DNA from: Auanema rhodensis
Lineage: Eukaryota > Animalia > Nematoda
DNA length: 64,000 bases
Reading direction: 5' to 3'
Assembly (NCBI GenBank): GCA_964057225.1
Contig: OZ059900.1
Span: 18,476,001 to 18,540,000 of the forward strand
The notes under the pieces were generated by a model. It was given only the letters and a program-made list of their open reading frames with translations, did not search any database and was not told the DNA's origin. This document shows, piece by piece, positions 10,101-23,400 of this stretch (its first letter is position 1; every line of letters starts with the position of its first letter). Made by a program: the position numbers and the translations under genes.

Positions 10101-13100
10101 TCGCTGTAAACAAGGTTTTGACTTACGATTTCATGTGTTCAAACTCATGCAATGTCAATGAAACCTAGCTCAAAATTGTTCGTACAACGTCTAGTTCCAC
10201 TTTCACGACAAAAAAACAGGGGTTAGAAAATTAAGGAAATTAGCATATTCTGAGGGCACGCCCCTTATGGCTAATATTGATTAAATCGATTTTTGTTCAT
10301 ATGAGTCGTCAAATGCAACGAATTTCAGCGTGTTACATACTAAAATGAAGCATTTTACATGCTGAACACTAGAAGAATACAAAAACACAGTATTTCCCAT
10401 GAGAAATATTTTATTATGCTGGAAAACCAGTTTTTGGAAATTTCGCTGTAAACAAGGTTTTGACTTACGATTTCATGTGTTCAAACTCATGCAATGTCAA
10501 TGAAACCCAGCTCAAAATTGTTCGTACAACGTCTAGTTCCACTTTCACGACAAAAAAACAGGGGTTAGAAAATTAAGGAAATTAGCATATTCTGAGGGCA
10601 CGCCCCTTATGGCTAATATTGATTAAATCGATTTTTGTTCATATGAGTCGTCAAATGCAACGAATTTCAGCGTGTTACATACTAAAAAGAAGCATTTTAC
10701 ATGCTGAACACTAGAAAAATACAAAAACACAGTATTTCCCATGAGAAATATTTTATTATGCTGGAAAACCAGTTTTTGGAAATTTCGCTGTAAACAAGGT
10801 TTTGACTTACGATTTCATGTGTTCAAACTCATGCAATGTCAATGAAACCTAGCTCAAAATTGTTCGTACAACGTCTAGTTCCACTTTCACGACAAAAAAA
10901 CAGGGGTTAGAAAATTAAGGAAATTAGCATATTCTGAGGGCACGCCCCTTATGGCTAATATTGATTAAATCGATTTTTGTTCATATGAGTCGTCAAATGC
11001 AACGAATTTCAGCGTGTTACATACTAAAATGAAGCATTTTACATGCTGAACACTAGAAAAATACAAAAACACAGTATTTCCCATGAGAAATATTTTATTA
11101 TGCTGGAAAACCAGTTTTTGAAAATTTCGCTGTAAACAAGGTTTTGACTTACGATTTCATGTGTTCAAACTCATGCAATGTCAATGAAACCTAGCTCAAA
11201 ATTGTTCGTACAACGTCTAGTTCCACTTTCACGACAAAAAAACAGGGGTTAGAAAATTAAGGAAATTAGCATATTCTGAGGGCACGCCCCTTATGGCTAA
11301 TATTGATTAAATCGATTTTTGTTCATATGAGTCGTCAAATACAACGAATTTCAGCGTGTTACGTACTAAAATGAAGCATTTTACATGCTGAACACTAGAA
11401 AAATACAAAAACACAGTATTTCCCATGAGAAATATTTTATTATGCTGGAAAACCAGTTTTTGGAAATTTCGCTGTAAACAAGGTTTTGACTTACGATTTC
11501 ATGTGTTCAAACTCATGCAATGTCAATGAAACCTAGCTCAAAATTGTTCCTACAACGTCTAGTTCCACTTTCACGACAAAAAAACAGGGGTTAGAAAATT
11601 AAGGAAATTAGCATATTCTGAGGGCACGCCCTTTATGGCTAATATTGATTAAATCGATTTTTGTTCATATGAGTCGTCAAATGCAACGAATTTCAGCGTG
11701 TTACATACTAAAATGAAGCATTTTACATGCTGAACACTAGAAAAATACAAAAACACAGTATTTCCCATGAGAAATATTTTATTATGCTGGAAAACCAGTT
11801 TTTGGAAATTTCGCTGTAAACAAGGTTTTGACTTACGATTTCATGTGTTCAAACTCATGCAATGTCAATGAAACCTAGCTCAAAATTGTTCGTACAACGT
11901 CTAGTTCCACTTTCACGACAAAAAAACAGGGGTTAGAAAATTAAGGAAATTAGCATATTCTGAGGGCACGCCCCTTATGGCTAATATTGATTAAATCGAT
12001 TTTTGTTCATATGAGTCGTCAAATGCAACGAATTTCAGCGTGTTACATACTAAAATGAAGCATTTTACATGCTGAACACTAGAAAAATACAAAAACACAG
12101 TATTTCCCATGAGAATAATTTTATTATGCTGGAAAACCAGTTTTTGGAAATTTCGCTGTAAACAAGGTTTTGACTTACGATTTCATGTGTTCAAACTCAT
12201 GCAATGTCAATGAAACCTAGCTCAAAATTGTTCGTACAACGTCTAGTTCCACTTTCACGACAAAAAAACAGGGGTTAGAAAATTAAGGAAATTAGCATAT
12301 TCTGAGGGCACGCCCCTTATGGCTAATATTGATTAAATCGATTTTTGTTCATATGAGTCGTCAAATGCAACGAATTTCAGCGTGTTACATACTAAAATGA
12401 AGCATTTTACATGCTGAACACTAGAAAAATACAAAAACACAGTATTTCCCATGAGAAATATTTTATTATGCTGGAAAACCAGTTTTTGGAAATTTCGCTG
12501 TAAACAAGGTTTTGACTTACGATTTCATGTGTTCAAACTCATGCAATGTCAATGAAACCTAGCTCAAAATTGTTCGTACAACGACTAGTTCCACTTTCAC
12601 GACAAAAAAACAGGGGTTAGAAAATTAAGGAAATTAGCATATTCTGAGGGCACGCCCCTTATGGCTAATATTGATTAAATCGATTTTTGTTCATATGAGT
12701 CGTCAAATGCAACGAATTTCAGCGTGTTACATACTAAAATGAAGCATTTTACATGCTGAACACTAGAAAAATACAAAAACACAGTATTTCCCATGAGAAA
12801 TATTTTATTATGCTGGAAAACCAGTTTTTGGAAATTTCGCTGTAAACAAGGTTTTGACTTACGATTTCATGTGTTCAAACTCATGCAATGTCAATGAAAC
12901 CTAGCTCAAAATTGTTCGTACAACGTCTAGTTCCACTTTCACGACAAAAAAACAGGGGTTAGAAAATTAAGGAAATTAGCATATTCTGAGGGCACGCCCC
13001 TTATGGCTAATATTGATTAAATCGATTTTTGTTCATATGAGTCGTCAAATGCAACGAATTTCAGCGTGTTACATACTAAAATGAAGCATTTTACATGCTG

Positions 13101-16100
13101 AACACTAGAAAAATACAAAAACACAGTATTTCCCATGAGAAATATTTTATTATGCTGGAAAACCAGTTTTTGGAAATTTCGCTGTAAACAAGGTTTTGAC
13201 TTACGATTTCATGTGTTCAAACTCATGCAATGTCAATGAAACCTAGCTCAAAATTGTTCGTACAACGACTAGTTCCACTTTCACGACAAAAAAACAGGGG
13301 TTAGAAAATTAAGGAAATTAGCATATTCTGAGGGCACGCCCCTTATGGCTAATATTGATTAAATCGATTTTTGTTCATATGAGTCGTCAAATGCAACGAA
13401 TTTCAGCGTGTTACATACTAAAATGAAGCATTTTACATGCTGAACACTAGAAAAGTACAAAAACACAGTATTTCCCATGAGAAATATTTTATTATGCTGG
13501 AAAACCAGTTTTTGGAAATTTCGCTGTAAACAAGGTTTTGACTTACGATTTCATGTGTTCAAACTCATGCAATGTCAATGAAACCTAGCTCAAAATTGTT
13601 CGTACAACGTCTAGTTCCACTTTCACGACAAAAAAACAGGGGTTAGAAAATTAAGGAAATTAGCATATTCTGAGGGCACGCCCCCTTATGGCTAATATTG
13701 ATTAAATCGATTTTTGTTCATATGAGTCGTCAAATGCAACGAATTTCAGCGTGTTACATACTAAAATGAAGCATTTTACATGCTGAACACTAGAAAAATA
13801 CAAAAACACAGTAATACCCATGAGAAATATTTTATTATGCTGGAAAACCAGTTTTTGGAAATTTCGCTGTAAACAAGGTTTTGACTTACGATTTCATGTG
13901 TTTAAACTCATGCAATGTCAATGAAACCTAGCTCAAAATTGTTAATACAATGTCTAGTTCCACTTTCACGACAAAAAAACAGGGGTTAGAAAATTAAGGA
14001 AATTAGCATATTCTGAGGGCACGCCCTTTATGGCTAATATTGATTAAATCGATTTTTGTTCATATGAGTCGTCAAATGCAACGAATTTCAGCGTGTTACA
14101 TACTAAAATGAAGCATTTTACATGCTGAACACTAGAAAAATACAAAAACACAGTATTTCCCATGAGAAATATTTTATTATGCTGGAAAACCAGTTTTTGG
14201 AAATTTCGCTGTAAACAAGGTTTTGACTTACGATTTCATGTGTTCAAACTCATGCAATGTCAATGAAACCTAGCTCAAAATTGTTCGTACAACGTCTAGT
14301 TCCACTTTCACGACAAAAAAACAGGGGTTAGAAAATTAAGGAAATTAGCATATTCTGAGGGCACGCCCCCTTATGGCTAATATTGATTAAATCGATTTTT
14401 GTTCATATGAGTCGTCAAATGCAACGAATTTCAGCGTGTTACATACTAAAATGAAGCATTTTACATGCTGAACACTAGAAAAATACAAAAACACAGTAAT
14501 ACCCATGAGAAATATTTTATTATGCTGGAAAACCAGTTTTTGGAAATTTCGCTGTAAACAAGGTTTTGACTTACGATTTCATGTGTTTAAACTCATGCAA
14601 TGTCAATGAAACCTAGCTCAAAATTGTTAATACAATGTCTAGTTCCACTTTCACGACAAAAAAACAGGGGTTAGAAAATTAAGGAAATTAGCATATTCTG
14701 AGGGCACGCCCTTTATGGCTAATATTGATTAAATCGATTTTTGTTCATATGAGTCGTCAAATGCAACGAATTTCAGCGTGTTACATACTAAAATGAAGCA
14801 TTTTACATGCTGAACACTAGAAAAATACAAAAACACAGTATTTCCCATGAGAAATATTTTATTATGCTGGAAAACCAGTTTTTGGAAATTTCGCTGTAAA
14901 CAAGGTTTTGACTTACGATTTCATGTGTTCAAACTCATGCAATGTCAATGAAACCTAGCTCAAAATTGTTCGTACAACGTCTAGTTCCACTTTCACGACA
15001 AAAAAACAGGGGTTAGAAAATTAAGGAAATTAGCATATTCTGAGGGCACGCCCCCTTATGGCTAATATTGATTAAATCGATTTTTGTTCATATGAGTCGT
15101 CAAATGCAACGAATTTCAGCGTGTTACATACTAAAATGAAGCATTTTACATGCTGAACACTAGAAAAATACAAAAACACAGTAATACCCATGAGAAATAT
15201 TTTATTATGCTGGAAAACCAGTTTTTGGAAATTTCGCTGTAAACAAGGTTTTGACTTACGATTTCATGTGTTTAAACTCATGCAATGTCAATGAAACCTA
15301 GCTCAAAATTGTTAATACAATGTCTAGTTCCACTTTCACGACAAAAAAACAGGGGTTAGAAAATTAAGGAAATTAGCATATTCTGAGGGCACGCCCTTTA
15401 TGGCTAATATTGATTAAATCGATTTTTGTTCATATGAGTCGTCAAATGCAACGAATTTCAGCGTGTTACATACTAAAATGAAGCATTTTACATGCTGAAC
15501 ACTAGAAAAATACAAAAACACAGTATTTCCCATGAGAAATATTTTATTATGCTGGAAAACCAGTTTTTGGAAATTTCGCTGTAAACAAGGTTTTGACTTA
15601 CGATTTCATGTGTTCAAACTCATGCAATGTCAATGAAACCTAGCTCAAAATTGTTCGTACAACGTCTAGTTCCACTTTCACGACTAAAAAACAGGGGTTA
15701 GAAAATTAAGGAAATTAGCATATTCTGAGGGCACGCCCCTTATGGCTAATATTGATTAAATCGATTTTTGTTCATATGAGTCGTCAAATGCAACGAATTT
15801 CAGCGTGTTACATACTAAAATGAAGCATTTTACATGCTGAACACTAGAAAAATACAAAAACACAGTATTTCCCATGAGAAATATTTTATTATGCTGGAAA
15901 ACCAGTTTTTGGAAATTTCGCTGTAAACAAGGTTTTGACTTACGATTTCATGTGTTCAAACTCATGCAATGTCAATGAAACCCAGCTCAAAATTGTTCGT
16001 ACAACGTCTAGTTCCACTTTCACGACAAAAAAACAGGGGTTAGAAAATTAAGGAAATTAGCATATTCTGAGGGCACGCCCCTTATGGCTAATATTGATTA

Positions 16101-19100
16101 AATCGATTTTTGTTCATATGAGTCGTCAAATGCAACGAATTTCAGCGTGTTACATACTAAAATAAAGCATTTTACATGCTGAACACTAGAAAAATACAAA
16201 AACACAGTATTTCCCATGAGAAATATTTTATTATGCTGGAAAACCAGTTTTTGGAAATTTCGCTGTAAACAAGGTTTTGACTTACGATTTCATGTGTTCA
16301 AACTCATGCAATGTCAATGAAACCTAGCTCAAAATTGTTCGTACAACGTCTAGTTCCACTTTCACGACAAAAAAACAGGGGTTAGAAAATTAAGGAAATT
16401 AGCATATTCTGAGGGCACGCCCCTTATGGCTAATATTGATTAAATCGATTTTTGTTCATATGAGTCGTCAAATGCAACGAATTTCAGCGTGTTACATACT
16501 AAAATGAAGCATTTTACATGCTGAACACTAGAAGAATACAAAAACACAGTATTTCCCATGAGAAATATTTTATTATGCTGGAAAACCAGTTTTTGGAAAT
16601 TTCGCTGTAAACAAGGTTTTGACTTACGATTTCATGTGTTCAAACTCATGCAATGTCAATGAAACCCAGCTCAAAATTGTTCGTACAACGTCTAGTTCCA
16701 CTTTCACGACAAAAAAACAGGGGTTAGAAAATTAAGGAAATTAGCATATTCTGAGGGCACGCCCCTTATGGCTAATATTGATTAAATCGATTTTTGTTCA
16801 TATGAGTCGTCAAATGCAACGAATTTCAGCGTGTTACATACTAAAAAGAAGCATTTTACATGCTGAACACTAGAAAAATACAAAAACACAGTATTTCCCA
16901 TGAGAAATATTTTATTATGCTGGAAAACCAGTTTTTGGAAATTTCGCTGTAAACAAGGTTTTGACTTACGATTTCATGTGTTCAAACTCATGCAATGTCA
17001 ATGAAACCTAGCTCAAAATTGTTCGTACAACGTCTAGTTCCACTTTCACGACAAAAAAACAGGGGTTAGAAAATTAAGGAAATTAGCATATTCTGAGGGC
17101 ACGCCCCTTATGGCTAATATTGATTAAATCGATTTTTGTTCATATGAGTCGTCAAATGCAACGAATTTCAGCGTGTTACATACTAAAATGAAGCATTTTA
17201 CATGCTGAACACTAGAAAAATACAAAAACACAGTATTTCCCATGAGAAATATTTTATTATGCTGGAAAACCAGTTTTTGAAAATTTCGCTGTAAACAAGG
17301 TTTTGACTTACGATTTCATGTGTTCAAACTCATGCAATGTCAATGAAACCTAGCTCAAAATTGTTCGTACAACGTCTAGTTCCACTTTCACGACAAAAAA
17401 ACAGGGGTTAGAAAATTAAGGAAATTAGCATATTCTGAGGGCACGCCCCTTATGGCTAATATTGATTAAATCGATTTTTGTTCATATGAGTCGTCAAATA
17501 CAACGAATTTCAGCGTGTTACGTACTAAAATGAAGCATTTTACATGCTGAACACTAGAAAAATACAAAAACACAGTATTTCCCATGAGAAATATTTTATT
17601 ATGCTGGAAAACCAGTTTTTGGAAATTTCGCTGTAAACAAGGTTTTGACTTACGATTTCATGTGTTCAAACTCATGCAATGTCAATGAAACCTAGCTCAA
17701 AATTGTTCCTACAACGTCTAGTTCCACTTTCACGACAAAAAAACAGGGGTTAGAAAATTAAGGAAATTAGCATATTCTGAGGGCACGCCCTTTATGGCTA
17801 ATATTGATTAAATCGATTTTTGTTCATATGAGTCGTCAAATGCAACGAATTTCAGCGTGTTACATACTAAAATGAAGCATTTTACATGCTGAACACTAGA
17901 AAAATACAAAAACACAGTATTTCCCATGAGAAATATTTTATTATGCTGGAAAACCAGTTTTTGGAAATTTCGCTGTAAACAAGGTTTTGACTTACGATTT
18001 CATGTGTTCAAACTCATGCAATGTCAATGAAACCTAGCTCAAAATTGTTCGTACAACGTCTAGTTCCACTTTCACGACAAAAAAACAGGGGTTAGAAAAT
18101 TAAGGAAATTAGCATATTCTGAGGGCACGCCCCTTATGGCTAATATTGATTAAATCGATTTTTGTTCATATGAGTCGTCAAATGCAACGAATTTCAGCGT
18201 GTTACATACTAAAATGAAGCATTTTACATGCTGAACACTAGAAAAATACAAAAACACAGTATTTCCCATGAGAATAATTTTATTATGCTGGAAAACCAGT
18301 TTTTGGAAATTTCGCTGTAAACAAGGTTTTGACTTACGATTTCATGTGTTCAAACTCATGCAATGTCAATGAAACCTAGCTCAAAATTGTTCGTACAACG
18401 TCTAGTTCCACTTTCACGACAAAAAAACAGGGGTTAGAAAATTAAGGAAATTAGCATATTCTGAGGGCACGCCCCTTATGGCTAATATTGATTAAATCGA
18501 TTTTTGTTCATATGAGTCGTCAAATGCAACGAATTTCAGCGTGTTACATACTAAAATGAAGCATTTTACATGCTGAACACTAGAAAAATACAAAAACACA
18601 GTATTTCCCATGAGAAATATTTTATTATGCTGGAAAACCAGTTTTTGGAAATTTCGCTGTAAACAAGGTTTTGACTTACGATTTCATGTGTTCAAACTCA
18701 TGCAATGTCAATGAAACCTAGCTCAAAATTGTTCGTACAACGACTAGTTCCACTTTCACGACAAAAAAACAGGGGTTAGAAAATTAAGGAAATTAGCATA
18801 TTCTGAGGGCACGCCCCTTATGGCTAATATTGATTAAATCGATTTTTGTTCATATGAGTCGTCAAATGCAACGAATTTCAGCGTGTTACATACTAAAATG
18901 AAGCATTTTACATGCTGAACACTAGAAAAATACAAAAACACAGTATTTCCCATGAGAAATATTTTATTATGCTGGAAAACCAGTTTTTGGAAATTTCGCT
19001 GTAAACAAGGTTTTGACTTACGATTTCATGTGTTCAAACTCATGCAATGTCAATGAAACCTAGCTCAAAATTGTTCGTACAACGTCTAGTTCCACTTTCA

Positions 19101-19610
19101 CGACAAAAAAACAGGGGTTAGAAAATTAAGGAAATTAGCATATTCTGAGGGCACGCCCCTTATGGCTAATATTGATTAAATCGATTTTTGTTCATATGAG
19201 TCGTCAAATGCAACGAATTTCAGCGTGTTACATACTAAAATGAAGCATTTTACATGCTGAACACTAGAAAAATACAAAAACACAGTATTTCCCATGAGAA
19301 ATATTTTATTATGCTGGAAAACCAGTTTTTGGAAATTTCGCTGTAAACAAGGTTTTGACTTACGATTTCATGTGTTCAAACTCATGCAATGTCAATGAAA
19401 CCTAGCTCAAAATTGTTCGTACAACGACTAGTTCCACTTTCACGACAAAAAAACAGGGGTTAGAAAATTAAGGAAATTAGCATATTCTGAGGGCACGCCC
19501 CTTATGGCTAATATTGATTAAATCGATTTTTGTTCATATGAGTCGTCAAATGCAACGAATTTCAGCGTGTTACATACTAAAATGAAGCATTTTACATGCT
19601 GAACACTAGA
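7120..19610 (+). repeat. Higher-order tandem duplication of an 18-monomer unit (6,159 bp x2)
   Basis: Rare variants recur at a constant +6159 offset (18x342+3): gaaaagtaca 7291/13450, acgactaaaa 9521/15680, acccagctc 9821/15980, agaagaatac 10371/16530, actaaaaaga 10681/16840, gagaataatt 12111/18270. Ends are approximate. Confidence 0.92.
7370..9420 (+). repeat. Dimeric higher-order repeat (685 bp x3), repeated at ~13530-15580 inside the 18-mer duplication
   Basis: 5-C gcccccttat at 7521, 8206, 8891 (and 13680, 14365, 15050), each followed by gtaataccc, gtttaaac, gttaatacaatg and gcccttt. Confidence 0.9.
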
Positions 19611-20400
19611 AAAATACAAAAACACAGTATTTCCCATGAGAAATATTTTATTATGCTGGAAAACCAGTTTTTGAAAATTTCGCTGTAAACAAGGTTTTGA
19701 CTTACGATTTCATGTGTTCAAACTCATGCAATGTCAATGAAACCTAGCTCAAAATTGTTCCTACAACGTCTAGTTCCACTTTCACGACAAAAAAACAGGG
19801 GTTAGAAAATTAAGGAAATTAGCATATTCTGAGGGCACGCCCTTTATGGCTAATATTGATTAAATCGATTTTTGTTCATATGAGTCGTCAAATGCAACGA
19901 ATTTCAGCGTGTTACATACTAAAATGAAGCATTTTACATGCTGAACACTAGAAAAATACAAAAACACAGTATTTCCCATGAGAAATATTTTATTATGCTG
20001 GAAAACCAGTTTTTGGAAATTTCGCTGTAAACAAGGTTTTGACTTACGATTTCATGTGTTCAAACTCATGCAATGTCAATGAAACCTAGCTCAAAATTGT
20101 TCGTACAACGACTAGTTCCACTTTCACGACAAAAAAACAGGGGTTAGAAAATTAAGGAAATTAGCATATTCTGAGGGCACGCCCCTTATGGCTAATATTG
20201 ATTAAATCGATTTTTGTTCATATGAGTCGTCAAATGCAACGAATTTCAGCGTGTTACATACTAAAATGAAGCATTTTACATGCTGAACACTAGAAAAATA
20301 CAAAAACACAGTATTTCCCATGAGAAATATTTTATTATGCTGGAAAACCAGTTTTTGGAAATTTCGCTGTAAACAAGGTTTTGACTTACGATTTCATGTG

Positions 20401-23400
20401 TTCAAACTCATGCAATGTCAATGAAACCTAGCTCAAAATTGTTCGTACAACGTTTAGTTCCACTTTCACGACAAAAAAACAGGGGTTAGAAAATTAAGGA
20501 AATTAGCATATTCTGAGGGCACGCCCCTTATGGCTAATATTGATTAAATCGATTTTTGTTCATATGAGTCGTCAAATGCAACGAATTTCAGCGTGTTACA
20601 TACTAAAATGAAGCATTTTACATGCTGAACACTAGAAAAATACAAAAACACAATATTTCCCATGAGAAATATTTTATTATGCTGGAAAACCAGTTTTTGG
20701 AAATTTCGCTGTAAACAAGGTTTTGACTTATGATTTCATGTGTTCAAACTCATGCAATGTCAATGAAACCTAGCTCAAAACTGTTCGTACAACGTCTAGT
20801 TCCACTTTCACGACAAAAAAACAAGGGTTAGAAAATTAAGGAAATTAGCATGTTCTGAGGGCACGCCCCTTATGGCTAATATTGATTAAATCGATTTTTG
20901 TTCATATGAGTCGTCAAATGCAACGAATTTCAGCGTGTTACATACTAAAATAAAGCATTTTACATGCTGAACACTAGAAAAATACAAAAACACAGTATTT
21001 CCCATGAGAAATATTTTATTATGCTGGAAAACCAGTTTTTGGAAATTTCGCTGTAAACAAGGTTTTGACTTACGATTTCATGTGTTCAAACTCATGCAAT
21101 GTCAATGAAACCTAGCTCAAAATTGTTCGTACAACGTCTAGTTTCACTTTCACGACAAAAAAACAGGGGTTAGAAAACTAAGGAAATTAGCATATTCTGA
21201 GGGCACGCCCCTTATGGCTAATATTGATTAAATCGATTTTTGTTCATATGAGTCGTCAAATGCAAGGAATTTCATCGTGTTACATACTAAAATGAAGCAT
21301 TATACATGCTGAACACTAGAAAAATACAAAAACACAGTATTTCCCATGAGAAATATTTTATTATGCTGGAAAACCAGTTTTTGGAAATTTCGCTGTAAAC
21401 AAGGTTTTGACTTACGATTTCATGTGTTCAAACTCATGCAATGTCAATGAAACCTAGCTCAAAATTGTTCGTACAACGTCTAGTTTCACTTTCACGACAA
21501 AAAAACAGGGGTTAGAAAACTAAGGAAATTAGCATATTCTGAGGGCACGCCCCTTATGGCTAATATTGATTAAATCGATTTTTGTTCATATGAGTCGTCA
21601 AATGCAACGAATTTCAGCGTGTTACATACTAAAATGAAGCATTTTACATGCTGAACACTAGAAAAATACAAAAACACAGTATTTCCCATGAGAAATATTT
21701 TATTATGCTGGAAAACCAGTTTTTGGAAATTTCGCTGTAAACAAGGTTTTGACTTACGATTTCATGTGTTCAAACTCATGCAATGTCAATGAAACCTAGC
21801 TCAAAATTGTTCGTACAACGTCTAGTTCCACTTTCACGACAAAAAAACAGGGGTTAGAAAATTAAGGAAATTAGCATATTCTGAGGGCACGCCCCTTATG
21901 GCTAATATTGATTAAATCGATTTTTGTTAATATGAGTCGTCAAATGCAACGAATTTCAGCGTGTTACATACTAAAATGAAGCATTTTACATGCTGAACAC
22001 TAGAAAAATACAAAAACACAGTATTTCCCATGAGAAATATTTTATTATGCTGGAAAACCAGTTTTTGGAAATTTCGCTGTAAACAAGGTTTTGACTTACG
22101 ATTTGATGTGTTCAAACTCATGCAATGTCAATGAAACCTAGCTCAAAATTGTTCGTACAACGTCTAGTTCCACTTTCACGACAAAAAAACAAGGGTTAGA
22201 AAATTAAGGAAATTAGCATATTCTGAGGGCACGCCCCTTATGGCTAATATTGATTAAATCGATTTTTGTTCATATGAGTCGTCAAATGCAACGAATTTCA
22301 GCGTGTTACATACTAAAATGGAGCATTTCACATGCTGAACACTAGAAAAATACAAAAACACAGTATTTCCCATGAGAAATATTTTATTATGCTGGAAAAC
22401 CAGTTTTTGGAAATTTCGCTGTAAACAAGGTTTTGACTTACGATTTCATGTGTTCAAACTCATGCAATGTCAATGAAACCTAGCTCAAAATTGTTCGTAC
22501 AACGTCTAGTTCCACTTTCACGACAAAAAAACAGGGGTTAGAAAATTAAGGAAATTAGCATATTCTGAGGGCACGCCCCTTATGGCTAATATTGATTAAA
22601 TCGATTTTTGTTAATATGAGTCGTCAAATGCAACGAATTTCAGCGTGTTACATACTAAAATGAAGCATTTTACATGCTGAACACTAGAAAAATACAAAAA
22701 CACAGTATTTCCCATGAGAAATATTTTATTATGCTGGAAAACCAGTTTTTGGAAATTTCGCTGTAAACAAGGTTTTGACTTACGATTTCATGTGTTCAAA
22801 CTCATGCAATGTCAATGAAACCTAGCTCAAAATTGTTCGTACAACGTCTAGTTTCACTTTCACGACAAAAAAACAGGGGTTAGAAAACTAAGGAAATTAG
22901 CATATTCTGAGGGCACGCCCCTTATGGCTAATATTGATTAAATCGATTTTTGTTCATATGAGTCGTCAAATGCAACGAATTTCAGCGTGTTACATACTAA
23001 AATGAAGCATTTTACATGCTGAACACTAGAAAAATACAAAAACACAGTATTTCCCATGAGAAATATTTTATTATGCTGGAAAACCAGTTTTTGGAAATTT
23101 CGCTGTAAACAAGGTTTTGACTTACGATTTCATGTGTTCAAACTCATGCAATGTCAATGAAACCTAACTCAAAATTGTTCGTACAACGTCTAGTTCCACT
23201 TTCACGACAAAAAAACAGGGGTTAGAAAATTAAGGAAATTAGCATATTCTGAGGGCACGCCCCTTATGGCTAATATTGATTAAATCGATTTTTGTTCATA
23301 TGAGTCGTCAAATGCAACGAATTTCGGCGTGTTACATACTAAAATGAAGCATTTTACATGCTGAACACTAGAAAAATACAAAAACACAGTATTTCCCATG

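Larger units (their letters stand above)
517..20400 (+). repeat. Satellite variant domain L (~58 monomers)
   Basis: Alleles seen only here: ttcctacaac with gccctttatg, aacgactag, cagtaataccc, gttaatacaatgtc, gtgtttaaac, 5-C gcccccttat, tttttgaaaat. Last seen at ~20111 (acgactag). Confidence 0.85.

Noticed and set aside
21927-22121. 64-aa minus-strand ORF (MSLNTSNRKSKPCLQ...)
   Set aside because: It lies wholly in satellite. Other monomers read ATG AGT TTG AAC ACA TGA (stop at codon 6). A single private C>G at 22105 turns that TGA into TCA and opens the frame. No recognisable protein features.
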